A program made the position numbers and the translations under genes. Shown here piece by piece: positions 39,342 through 48,761 of a DNA stretch of 64,000 nucleotides (positions are counted from its first letter, which is position 1; every line of letters begins with the position of its first letter). Origin of the DNA: Candidatus Nanoarchaeia archaeon (GTDB lineage: Archaea; Nanobdellota; Nanobdellia; SCGC-AAA011-G17; JAFCDX01); the NCBI GenBank assembly GCA_028716945.1, contig JAQUOT010000002.1, positions 194,202 to 258,201 of the forward strand, in the 5' to 3' direction. A model generated the notes under the pieces. The model made no database searches and was not told where the DNA came from. It saw only the letters and a list, made by a program, of their open reading frames with translations.

Positions 39342-39355
39342 GAAAGGTTTATATA
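39342..39355 (+). promoter_or_regulatory. BRE-TATA promoter
   Basis: GAAAGG-TTTATATA. Confidence 0.5.
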
Positions 39356-39401
39356 TAATTGTTACTTTGAATTAGTAGTAAAAATATAGGGATTTAATAA
39401 A

Positions 39402-41090
39402 ATGAGTAGAATCAAGAATCTGTTAGTAGGACTAGGATTAACAGCTTTATCACTTATTTCTACAAACTGTGGAAATGGAAGTTCTGTAGAAACTATTAAA
39501 TCTATTAATGTTCCAGATATAGAACAGACACAACCAAATCAAAATTGTAGTTATGATAATAACTTTCCAAAGAATTTAGAATTAAAAGTATCTAATGATA
39601 AATATACTTATAGTTTTCCTGAAAATGTAAAAATAAATAACAGATTATCTTATTTACAAAATTGTAGTCAATTTGTAAGTTATAACGGAAATCAATTTAC
39701 TATAAACCCATTAGATACTTGTGAAGATGCAATAGTTTTTGAAACAGAAGATACTAAAAATAATTGTAATCAAACCTATGCTTTAAAATTAAAAATTAAT
39801 GAACCTGATTGCGCAGAAGTAGATTTACCTGAAGAAATAGAAATGAAAATAGGAGAATCTTATAATAAAACCCTTTCTGGAAATATACCTATAATTATAG
39901 AAGATAATAAATTTGTTAAATTAGATGGAAGAAACATAAAAATAATTAAACCTTGGCATATTTATGATAAAAATATAAATATTCATTCTACTGAAAAAAT
40001 AACTCCTTTATACAATTGTGAAAAAGATAAAAAAATAAATGTAAAAATAAATACAATAACTGGAAAAGATGGAACAATTTATTCATATTATAAACCAATA
40101 AATAGCACAAATATTTTAGTATGTGATCAAACAGAAAGTACTCCTTGTCCTTTTGAAAAAAATGAATTTGCTTCTCTGGAGACACCATATATTCTTTTAA
40201 AAGAAGCAATTAAAAAATTAGAAGAAATTACAACTACAAAAGTTTTTGAAAAGTATGCTCCTTTTAAAATACATTTAAATGCAAGTCCAAATGATTCTGC
40301 AAGTTCAACTATTGTAAAAAAAGAAGACTGGAATAAAGTTAAAGCTGGAGGTTTTATTGGAGGAGAACATGTTTATATATTTCAATATGATTGGGCAACA
40401 AATCCAGAATGGCCTATTTTTTGTCTAAATTTAGAAAATCCAACGCAAGAACCTTTAGAACCTACTGAAACTTGTCAATGCGTAGGAAATGCTGCAACAG
40501 AAAAAAATGTTTGTAAATCTATTTTAAATTGGAATAAAGGAACTTATTTTAGAAATCCAGAAACCGATATTAATCCCTGGTTTATACATGAACTTGTTCA
40601 CGAAAGAGATCCTTCTCCAAGAATATTAAGAAAGGGTTCTGATCCTTATTATACAGATTTATATTTACCAGAAAATACAGCAAATTCATTAGAAACTATT
40701 ACTTCTGGAGTTGTACAAGGTTGGATTGCAGGAAAACCATATTTTATAACAAAAGAAATTAATTCTTTTTGTGATTTACCTTTAGGAACAGATTATACTT
40801 ATTTTAGAGCAATGTGTATTCTTACAGACCATGCCTTTGATGTAGAAGCTATGCCTAAATATTTTGAATATCTTTGGAAAGCTTATGAACACAATCAAGA
40901 AATTAGTGATAGATTATTAACTTCTTCAGAAGATGCTAAATGTGCTACAGATCATGCTACAGGATTAAATACTTATGAATGGTTCTGTGAATTTTCTAAT
41001 TGTAATCAAAAGATATGGCCAAATGGAGAAAAAGATTTTTATTATGTTCCTTTAGAATATTGTGGAGAATTATCTCATATTGATAAATAA
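39402..41090 (+). CDS. Cys-rich putative lipoprotein with zincin HExxH motif
   Basis: Signal ending LISTNCG; IHELVH with downstream E (LPENTA). Confidence 0.65.
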   Translation: MSRIKNLLVGLGLTALSLISTNCGNGSSVETIKSINVPDIEQTQPNQNCSYDNNFPKNLELKVSNDKYTYSFPENVKINNRLSYLQNCSQFVSYNGNQFTINPLDTCEDAIVFETEDTKNNCNQTYALKLKINEPDCAEVDLPEEIEMKIGESYNKTLSGNIPIIIEDNKFVKLDGRNIKIIKPWHIYDKNINIHSTEKITPLYNCEKDKKINVKINTITGKDGTIYSYYKPINSTNILVCDQTESTPCPFEKNEFASLETPYILLKEAIKKLEEITTTKVFEKYAPFKIHLNASPNDSASSTIVKKEDWNKVKAGGFIGGEHVYIFQYDWATNPEWPIFCLNLENPTQEPLEPTETCQCVGNAATEKNVCKSILNWNKGTYFRNPETDINPWFIHELVHERDPSPRILRKGSDPYYTDLYLPENTANSLETITSGVVQGWIAGKPYFITKEINSFCDLPLGTDYTYFRAMCILTDHAFDVEAMPKYFEYLWKAYEHNQEISDRLLTSSEDAKCATDHATGLNTYEWFCEFSNCNQKIWPNGEKDFYYVPLEYCGELSHIDK

Positions 41091-41091
41091 A

Positions 41092-42672
41092 TTAACCTGT
41101 AGCAGGATTAGTTAAATAATCCCCATAAGTATTAATTTTAACTTCACAACTAGTTATTCCACATTCACAAGTACTTCCAGGAGTTAAATCACACATACGG
41201 ATTCCCCAATTTACATCTCCAGTACAAGATTTTTTATGCCAAACAACTGTATTACCATAAATATCTGGACTATCTTCATGACAATTCGAAGAAGTTATTC
41301 TAGTTTCTGTACTTGTATCAAAATCATACATATAAATATCATTATTTCCATTTCTACCATCTTGCCATACTACTTTACTTCCATAAATTTTTGGATTAAA
41401 TTGGCCAGGAATAGGATTTAATGATATTGTTGTACTTGTAGTTAAATCATATGCATAAATAATATTTTTATTGGCTCCACCTTGATAAACAACTTTATTT
41501 CCATATACATCCCCATAGAGCCCTGTATCAGTTATTAATTTTTCAGCAATTCCACATTCATAAGTACTTCCAGGAGTCAAATCACACATATAAATATTAT
41601 ACATAGATTGCCAAGTAATTTTATTATCTTTAAATGATTGTGGATTTTTATTATTTGAACTAAACATTGTTATTCTTCTATCATTATTAGTTCCACATTC
41701 ATAAGTACTTCCAGGAGTCAAATCACACATATAAACATCCCCAACACTAGCCGGATAAAGAGCATTTCTATAATCATTCCAAATTATTTTATTATCATAT
41801 ATAAAAGGAGAATTTAAAGCATAAGAATTACTAGTTATTCTTCTTTCTTGATCTTTACCTAGATCATATGCATAAATATCATATCTATATGTACCCCCAT
41901 CCTCATTTCTTTGGTCTTGCCAAGCAATTATATTACCATTAACTGCGGGGAATAATGAAGTATACTGGTTATTTGTTATTTGTTTTATTTCATTTGTAAT
42001 AAGATTTTTCACCATTATTACTTTTTTATTTACAGTAGAATTTTCATAAACAACAAAACTAGCAGCATTTACAGGGAATATTTCTCCTTCACAACTTCCA
42101 GTCTCTTGATTACAAGTTCCTCCCCTCAATCCACAGTTTTGTACAAAAGTTAATTCTCCATTTTGGCATTGAGCTAATTTATTAATATATTTTGAATTTT
42201 CCGGAGCACACATATATTCTCTATTTGTCAAGAAAAAAGGATAAAGAGTTTCATCATTTAATGGAATAACACTAACACAATTTGTAGTATTACATTCAGA
42301 AATAGTACTGCAATCTTGACTACGCCATTCTACTCCTCCAAAGGTATCTCCAAGTTTAGTATTAATTAAAGATCTAAAATTATCATCACATTTAGCTTGA
42401 CTTTCACAATCAGTAATAGGATTTCCATTTTTATCATATCCACAATAAGTTTCATTGATACCTCTTGTTAAAAAACTTTTAACACACCCAAGAGTATTAC
42501 TACTCATATCTTTAAGAACACAACAATGAGGAGCGTATTCTAATTTTGGTAAATTCTCTCCAGAAATAGGTATAAAACAACTTGAAGATATAAAAGTTAA
42601 AGAAACAAAAATTAAGATAGATATTAAAAAGAAATGTATATGAAGATCTTTATATTTACTCTTTTTTAACAT
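41092..42672 (-). CDS. surface protein with TolB-like beta-propeller repeats
   Basis: GN.I.WQDxRN..DIY.YDL repeats, Cys-rich N-terminal half. Confidence 0.75.
   Translation of the reverse strand: MLKKSKYKDLHIHFFLISILIFVSLTFISSSCFIPISGENLPKLEYAPHCCVLKDMSSNTLGCVKSFLTRGINETYCGYDKNGNPITDCESQAKCDDNFRSLINTKLGDTFGGVEWRSQDCSTISECNTTNCVSVIPLNDETLYPFFLTNREYMCAPENSKYINKLAQCQNGELTFVQNCGLRGGTCNQETGSCEGEIFPVNAASFVVYENSTVNKKVIMVKNLITNEIKQITNNQYTSLFPAVNGNIIAWQDQRNEDGGTYRYDIYAYDLGKDQERRITSNSYALNSPFIYDNKIIWNDYRNALYPASVGDVYMCDLTPGSTYECGTNNDRRITMFSSNNKNPQSFKDNKITWQSMYNIYMCDLTPGSTYECGIAEKLITDTGLYGDVYGNKVVYQGGANKNIIYAYDLTTSTTISLNPIPGQFNPKIYGSKVVWQDGRNGNNDIYMYDFDTSTETRITSSNCHEDSPDIYGNTVVWHKKSCTGDVNWGIRMCDLTPGSTCECGITSCEVKINTYGDYLTNPATG
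41157..41735. repeat. three intragenic DNA repeats encoding MCDLTPGST[YC]ECG
   Basis: 45 nt identical at 41550-41594 and 41691-41735; 41157-41197 has 2 mismatches. Confidence 0.85.
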
Positions 42673-42712
42673 AATCTAATAAAAATATCCTTTATTTAAA
42701 TAGTTTACTATT

Positions 42713-43705
42713 TTATTTTGCTAAACAAATACCTGTTTTATCAGTATAACAAAATCTAAGTAAAACAGAATATCCAATTCCTCCACTAAGATCTACTTTT
42801 AAGTGTACATTATGCCCAAGCAAACTTGCGGCAGATACTCCTTGATCCCCTATGTTTTTTCTATATTCAAAACTTACTTTGCTAGGTCGCCCATTTACAA
42901 GGGTTGTTGCATCAACGCTTGCTATAGTAATTTCATTGTTATTAGTTTCATCTACTAAAATATAATTTGATTTTATTGCATAATTTTCTGCATACAATCC
43001 TATATATTCTATTCTAGGATCATTTGGAATTTGAAAAGTTTCTGAAGTTATTGTTGCAGAACTTTCGGTTGCCATAGCCAATAAATTTTTTGGTAAAGCC
43101 AAAGTTGTCTGTAATTCAAAAGCAGAAAAAGCTGAATTAGCTGGATCTTTTACAAATTCTTTATAATTTGCACTTGGAACTATTTTAATTTCTGCAGCAC
43201 CAGAGAGAACATTAAATTCTTCTGCATTTTGTAAATTTAATAAAGTAAAACAATCTTTTAATTCGTTTTTAGTAGGTTGTTTACAAGTATAAGGTTTATC
43301 TTTAATAGTTACTTGAGGATAAATATCTATACTTCCTGCAGTTCCAAGTTCTTCTGGAACACCAAATGGAATTGTTGCAGCAGCATAAACAGGTAAGCTT
43401 GTTTTAATATCCTCTGCTTTTCTTGTTTCTCCTGTAATAGCATATTTGAATGAAGTTATATCTTGTCTACCGGTATTTTCTAAAAACAACTGTACACTTG
43501 GACCAAATATACAAGAACTTTTAACATTGAAAGAAGTTTGTAAACATTTCAAAGCAGCTTCTGCTTCTTCTTCACTTTCCCCAATTTTTAATTTTGCTAA
43601 TTGGTCTCCCCAAGTAAAAACAGCAACAGCAATAATAATAACAAAACCTATAACAAGAATAGTAGCAATTATTGGTTCTACTCCTTTCTTACCTCTTTTT
43701 AACAT
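42713..43705 (-). CDS. archaeal type IV pilin-like protein with C-terminal extension
   Basis: Class III signal KKG/VEPIIATILVIGF. Confidence 0.8.
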   Translation of the reverse strand: MLKRGKKGVEPIIATILVIGFVIIIAVAVFTWGDQLAKLKIGESEEEAEAALKCLQTSFNVKSSCIFGPSVQLFLENTGRQDITSFKYAITGETRKAEDIKTSLPVYAAATIPFGVPEELGTAGSIDIYPQVTIKDKPYTCKQPTKNELKDCFTLLNLQNAEEFNVLSGAAEIKIVPSANYKEFVKDPANSAFSAFELQTTLALPKNLLAMATESSATITSETFQIPNDPRIEYIGLYAENYAIKSNYILVDETNNNEITIASVDATTLVNGRPSKVSFEYRKNIGDQGVSAASLLGHNVHLKVDLSGGIGYSVLLRFCYTDKTGICLAK

Positions 43706-43739
43706 ATTATAATTAAACTTTATTTATTTAAATAGTTTT

Positions 43740-44174
43740 TTATTTAGAAGTATCTATTATTTTTATTTTATGTCCTAATTCAGAAGCTTCTACAAGACAA
43801 ACGTCAAATATTTCTACATCAAGATTTTCTCTTATTTTTTCTTGTGAATACTTTCTTTTTAATAATCTTTTTTTAAGCTCTTTTAAATCACATTTAGTAA
43901 TAATACATAAATCTACATATTTACTAGGTAATAAGTGGGATAAATGCCCATCTATAATTAAATTTTTCTTGGTTTTTTTAATAACTTCAATTAATTTTTT
44001 ATTCAATTTTTCAACATCGATTTCATATTCTTTTTTCTTATTGTAAAAACCTAATTTATTTTCAATAGCAAAATCTTTTATAGAAATATAATCGGCTTTT
44101 AATTTCTTAACTAATTTCTTAGCTAGAGTGGTTTTTCCTGTAGCAACACTCCCAGATATAATTATCACCTTCAT
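43740..44174 (-). CDS. adenylate kinase AK6/Fap7 family
   Basis: ISGSVATGKTT, DGHLSH, RKYS..KIRENL. Confidence 0.88.
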   Translation of the reverse strand: MKVIIISGSVATGKTTLAKKLVKKLKADYISIKDFAIENKLGFYNKKKEYEIDVEKLNKKLIEVIKKTKKNLIIDGHLSHLLPSKYVDLCIITKCDLKELKKRLLKRKYSQEKIRENLDVEIFDVCLVEASELGHKIKIIDTSK

Positions 44175-45049
44175 TTTTTATCTAATCTTTTTTTGTAACC
44201 TATTAAACATTCTTCCACTGCTTCATATATTTTTGGAAGTTTTATTCCTGCACTTTCTAATTTATCTGTATTTAATTTACAATTAGACCTTATATCTTTA
44301 GTAGTATTATTTAATTCTCCTAAACTCATTAATTCAAATCTATGATTAGGATCTACTATTTTTTTATATAAAGTCATAATTTCAAATGCACTTATTGTTC
44401 CAGGATTTGTAAAATTATAAATTCCAGTTAATTTTTGTTTTATTATCTGTCTCAATCCAGAAATCATATGAGGCACAGTTATCATAGAATTTTGTATATC
44501 AATTACTTTAGCATACTCTTTTAATTTATCTATCAGGTTTCTCTTATTATATCTATCATCTACAGGCATTCTTAGCCTTCCATCAAACCATTTAAAATTT
44601 GGATTAATTCTTTCTAATTCTAATAGTCTCTCTTCTGCTGTTGCTTTGCTAAAAGCATAAAATTGTTCTGTAAAATTAGGTTTATCTTTTTCTGAATAAC
44701 CAAAACCATTTTTATCCCCTTGATATATACATCCACTTCCCAAATGAACAAAATAAATATGATTTCTAGCACAAGCACTTGCAAGTTCTTCAGCAACAGA
44801 TACATTTGATTGCAATGTTTCTTGTTTATGAAATTTACAATAATCAATTCCTATAGAATTCGGACCATGTGTTTTTCCTATCGCATTAATCACAAAATCT
44901 AAACTTTTACCTTTCAAATATTCATCCAGATATTGATTTGTGCCTACAACCATATTTTCAATTATTCTATGTGTATCTATAGGTATTCCTAATTCTCCTG
45001 AAATTCTATTTCCTAAATAACCATTTCCAAAAATTAATCCTTTTTTCAT
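44171..45049 (-). CDS. RmlD/UER1-like NDP-sugar epimerase-reductase
   Basis: GNGYLG, H.GSGCIY, YAFSK, RLRMP, NLI.KL, GIYNFTNPG. Confidence 0.85.
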   Translation of the reverse strand: MKKGLIFGNGYLGNRISGELGIPIDTHRIIENMVVGTNQYLDEYLKGKSLDFVINAIGKTHGPNSIGIDYCKFHKQETLQSNVSVAEELASACARNHIYFVHLGSGCIYQGDKNGFGYSEKDKPNFTEQFYAFSKATAEERLLELERINPNFKWFDGRLRMPVDDRYNKRNLIDKLKEYAKVIDIQNSMITVPHMISGLRQIIKQKLTGIYNFTNPGTISAFEIMTLYKKIVDPNHRFELMSLGELNNTTKDIRSNCKLNTDKLESAGIKLPKIYEAVEECLIGYKKRLDKK

Positions 45050-45050
45050 T

Positions 45051-45317
45051 TTAGTCTGTCATAAATAAAGTATTATCATCAACTTTTATTAATCCAAGTA
45101 AAACAGCCGAATCTAAAAAAGCATGTGCATAATTTACTGCTGCAAAAGCATTAATAAAATCTTGTTTTTCTTTGAAATGTAAAGCATCTTTATAATATCT
45201 TTCAGCCATATCTATCAAAATTTTAGCCTGTTTATCTTGTGTATTTTTAACCTGTTTTAAGGCTTTATCTGTCAATTTTAAGTACTTCTCAAGCCTTTCT
45301 TTGAGGTCTTTTTCCAT
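45051..45317 (-). CDS. DUF357 protein
   Basis: MAERY..DA.HF..AFAAVNYAHAFLD..LG; start moved to ATG 45317. Confidence 0.85.
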   Translation of the reverse strand: MEKDLKERLEKYLKLTDKALKQVKNTQDKQAKILIDMAERYYKDALHFKEKQDFINAFAAVNYAHAFLDSAVLLGLIKVDDNTLFMTD

Positions 45318-45367
45318 TCTATTTTTACTACGAAAAAGTTTATATAAGTTGTGAAAATAATAATGAT

Positions 45368-46309
45368 ATGTCACACGGCACACGATTATTGGATTTAGAA
45401 GAAAAAGTCATCTTATTGGATACTTGTTCTATGTTTAGTAGATCTATATACGCAATCGATTTTAACCAAAAGAATAGAATTTATCCATATTTAAAAGTGA
45501 TACAAGGGAATCTAACTGGAATAAATAGTTTATTAGAAGATGAAAGAGTATTGATACCAGAAGGAGTTTATCAAGAATATAAAAATTTTATGAAAAAAAT
45601 AAAAAGGGCAGCTAAAAACTTTTCTAAGTATTTAGTATATACAAAAGGAATTGACAAAAAACCTTACACAAAAGGATTATCTATATTAGAAGACACTGCA
45701 GAATTAGGTAATGTAATTAAATTACCATCTCTAACTAAATATTCTAAAATCTTACGATCTAAAAAATCCTCATTTAAGAACATACAAGAATTAGAAGACA
45801 TTAAAAATAAATTTAGTAAAGCATTAGAAGATTCTCACGATTTATCTTTGAAAATGAGTAAAAAAGTATTTCCTGAAAATGAAAAGATAAAATATTTTTT
45901 AAATAAAATAAATTTAATAACCAAAGATTATAAAGGGATTTCAACAGCAGATAAATATTTAGTTGCAACAGCCCTATATTTTTCTATGTTTGAGAAAAGA
46001 GATTGTGCTATTATCTCTAGAGACTTAGATATAGGAATAGCCTTAACCTCTGTATTACACCAAGCAAAATTAATGGAATCCCCATTTAATATTAAAGACT
46101 ATAAAGAAAATTTTGAAAAATATGAAATAAAACTTTATGTATCTGCAAAAGGAAGGATAGAGGGATGGAATGATTTAAGACTAGAAGTATCTTCTAAAGA
46201 TGATCTTATGTCCTTAGAACAAACTTTATCTACTTTAAAAAATAAAGAAGAGGAAGGAGTATTAAAACATAAAATATGGCTTGCAAAAATTGTAAATCCC
46301 ACCCAGTAA
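45368..46309 (+). CDS. PIN-domain-like protein with long insertion
   Basis: ILLDT, IPEGVYQE, STAD..LVA.A, ISRD.D. Confidence 0.6.
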   Translation: MSHGTRLLDLEEKVILLDTCSMFSRSIYAIDFNQKNRIYPYLKVIQGNLTGINSLLEDERVLIPEGVYQEYKNFMKKIKRAAKNFSKYLVYTKGIDKKPYTKGLSILEDTAELGNVIKLPSLTKYSKILRSKKSSFKNIQELEDIKNKFSKALEDSHDLSLKMSKKVFPENEKIKYFLNKINLITKDYKGISTADKYLVATALYFSMFEKRDCAIISRDLDIGIALTSVLHQAKLMESPFNIKDYKENFEKYEIKLYVSAKGRIEGWNDLRLEVSSKDDLMSLEQTLSTLKNKEEEGVLKHKIWLAKIVNPTQ

Positions 46310-47127
46310 TTAAATTAACTAATACAAATATATCTCTTTGTAAAAATTGTTTTATTCATTATTTTGAGAAAAAAGTTTTTAAAAACGTAAGAAAATATGA
46401 TTTACTAGATGATTGTAAGACTATTGGAGTAGCTGTTTCAGGTGGAAAAAACTCTTTAATAGTTTTATGCTTATTAAACAAATTAGTAAAACAAAGAATT
46501 TCTAAGAATGTAAAAATAATTGCAATCCATATTGATGAAGGAATTAAAAATTACTCTGAAATAGCTTCAAAAACATTAAAACAATTTTGTAAAATTAATC
46601 AAATTGAATTAAAAGAATATTCTATAAAAAATAAAAAAGCTTCTCCAGAAATATGGGTAAGATACTTATTAAATAAAAAAGCACGTGAGTTAAAAATTGA
46701 AAGATTAGCAACAGGACACAATTTAGATGCAGAAGCAGAAACAATTATTATGAATCAATCAAGAAAAGATATAGAAAGGTCTGCTAGATTAGGTCCAATA
46801 ACTGGATTTCAAACAGAAAAGAAATTCATTCCAAGAATAAAACCTTTATATTTTATTTTAGAACAAGAATCTGAAATATATGCAAAGATAAAAGAGTTCA
46901 GAGAATTAAAAAATCCTTATTTAGCTGATTCTTACAGAGAAAACATAAAAAAATTCCTTAATGAAGTAGAATCAAAATATCCAGGAACAAAATATAATAT
47001 AATAAATTCCTTCTTAGAAATATTACCTTTGTTAAAAAACAAATTCAAGACAAAAATAGTAAGCTGTGAATCTTGTGGAGAACCTTGTTCAAATAAAATC
47101 TGCAGTGCTTGCAAATCCTTAAGCTAA
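46276..47127 (+). CDS. TtuA/Ncs6-like tRNA thiolation protein with degenerate motifs
   Basis: N- and C-terminal Zn fingers, AVSGGKNS, ATGHNLD, PRIKPL. Confidence 0.8.
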   Translation: MACKNCKSHPVIKLTNTNISLCKNCFIHYFEKKVFKNVRKYDLLDDCKTIGVAVSGGKNSLIVLCLLNKLVKQRISKNVKIIAIHIDEGIKNYSEIASKTLKQFCKINQIELKEYSIKNKKASPEIWVRYLLNKKARELKIERLATGHNLDAEAETIIMNQSRKDIERSARLGPITGFQTEKKFIPRIKPLYFILEQESEIYAKIKEFRELKNPYLADSYRENIKKFLNEVESKYPGTKYNIINSFLEILPLLKNKFKTKIVSCESCGEPCSNKICSACKSLS

Positions 47128-47670
47128 ACAATCTTTGTATTGTAATAATCCTCTATATTTTAAGGTTGCACTGAATGCAGAAATTTTTCTGTCAATACCA
47201 TAATCTTGTTTAGATTTAATATCTTTCAAAGAAGCACATAAATTATTAGTAGATTTAATATTCTCAATATAATAATCTCCAGTAGTTATTTTAAAATCAT
47301 AATTTGGGTCTAAACTGTTTTTAACATCTCCATTCCCATATATAGTAAATACTAAATCACTTCTTGGAATTCCATTCCCATCCCAAAATCCTAAAGCAAC
47401 TATTGAATCTTGAGGCATTGCTGAAAATGCAGGAGTACTTTGAATTAATGTTTTTACTTCAGTTGTTGTTAAAACGGGTTTTGGTTTAACTGTAGTTTGA
47501 GTTTGTGTTTCTGGTGCTGAAGTTGTAGTTTTTGTTTGAGCTGTACTCACTGTATTCCTTATTACAAAATCATTAGAATTATCTGTAGTTGGATTTGAAA
47601 AATAATTATAACCTAAATAAGAAACAACCATTAATACAATTAAACCTAAAATTAAAGTTAATTTCTTCAT
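47119..47670 (-). CDS. membrane-anchored hypothetical protein with Thr-rich linker
   Basis: N-terminal TM, TTTSAPETQTQT. Confidence 0.65.
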   Translation of the reverse strand: MKKLTLILGLIVLMVVSYLGYNYFSNPTTDNSNDFVIRNTVSTAQTKTTTSAPETQTQTTVKPKPVLTTTEVKTLIQSTPAFSAMPQDSIVALGFWDGNGIPRSDLVFTIYGNGDVKNSLDPNYDFKITTGDYYIENIKSTNNLCASLKDIKSKQDYGIDRKISAFSATLKYRGLLQYKDCLA

Positions 47671-47692
47671 ATAAATTACTATATATAAATAT

Positions 47693-48277
47693 TTATAAGC
47701 CTTTCTTAGCCTTCATATTTTTCCAATCAATAATAACTTCTCTTTGTCCCTTGCTAATGCCATACTCTTTATATTCGTACTTAAACTTTCCAACATCTTT
47801 TCCATGATTAAAGATAGCTTCCGTCATTATTAAATCATTGGATAAATAATCTTTAACTTCTTGATGTTGTCCATCTCTCCACATTTTAGGAATTTTTAAG
47901 GTATCAATTGTTTTAGTCATACCAAGATTTCTTTTGCCTAAATCATCTAATGAAGTCCAACAACCGGTAACTTTTTCTAATTCAAACATTATATCAAAAG
48001 TTTTGCTTTTTAATGATTCAATAAAATTTTTATTAATGTATGGTTGAAGAACAAAATAATCAAATCTTAAAAGATTATGTCCTACAATTAAATCTGCATC
48101 TTTTAAACATTGAATTAATTCTGTTATTTGATTCTCGTTAAAAAATATGGAATTTCCATCCATACGTACTCCAGCGATAGCAATTTTTAATTTACTTGGA
48201 TCCCTATCCACATTAGATATCATATTAAGTTCTTTAAACAAATATTGTGTTTCTAAATCAAAAAAGATTATTTTCAT
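47693..48277 (-). CDS. RNase H-like (DEDD/YprB-like) exonuclease domain protein
   Basis: FFDLET, VGHNLLRFD, SLDDL, Y..ND; start moved to ATG 48277. Confidence 0.8.
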   Translation of the reverse strand: MKIIFFDLETQYLFKELNMISNVDRDPSKLKIAIAGVRMDGNSIFFNENQITELIQCLKDADLIVGHNLLRFDYFVLQPYINKNFIESLKSKTFDIMFELEKVTGCWTSLDDLGKRNLGMTKTIDTLKIPKMWRDGQHQEVKDYLSNDLIMTEAIFNHGKDVGKFKYEYKEYGISKGQREVIIDWKNMKAKKGL

Positions 48278-48366
48278 ATTAAATATAATTAAATTTGCTT
48301 TATAAATCTTACGCGCACCCGCTTGCAAGTTGCAATTTGTTACAATATATATTTGGGAGTATACTA

Positions 48367-48759
48367 TTATTTATTCTTTTTACTTCTATAATCTTGTATA
48401 GCCTTTTTAAGAGCATCCTGTGCTAATATAGAACAATGGAATTTTATTTCGGGCAATTTACCTAAAGCATTATTTACGTCTTCTTTTGTGATTTTTTCAG
48501 CTTGTTCTAAAGTTTTTCCTTTAGCTAATTGAGTAACCATAGAACTAGAAGTTATTGCTGCAATACATCCAGTTGTAGAAACTTTAATGTCTTTTATTAT
48601 TTCTTGACCTTTTTTATTTTTACCTACCTTAATATATACCCAGAGAATATCGCCACAAATTGCATTCCCTACTTTACCTAAACCATCTGGATTTTCAATT
48701 TTACCCATGTTCTTTGGATGTTTAAACAAAGCCAAAACTTTTTTATTGTATGCTTCCAT
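48367..48759 (-). CDS. iscU: Fe-S scaffold protein
   Basis: HPKNMG, CGD, GCIAA..SS, LP..KFHCS. Confidence 0.93.
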   Translation of the reverse strand: MEAYNKKVLALFKHPKNMGKIENPDGLGKVGNAICGDILWVYIKVGKNKKGQEIIKDIKVSTTGCIAAITSSSMVTQLAKGKTLEQAEKITKEDVNNALGKLPEIKFHCSILAQDALKKAIQDYRSKKNK

Positions 48760-48761
48760 TT

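Noticed and set aside
41157-41735. Diversity-generating retroelement TR/VR pair
   Set aside because: The two mismatches are one A-to-G and one G-to-A on the coding strand, so not adenine-specific; all copies are in-frame and no reverse transcriptase is in the window
48310-48345. tRNA or ncRNA in a GC-rich patch
   Set aside because: Too short; no cloverleaf or T-loop motif
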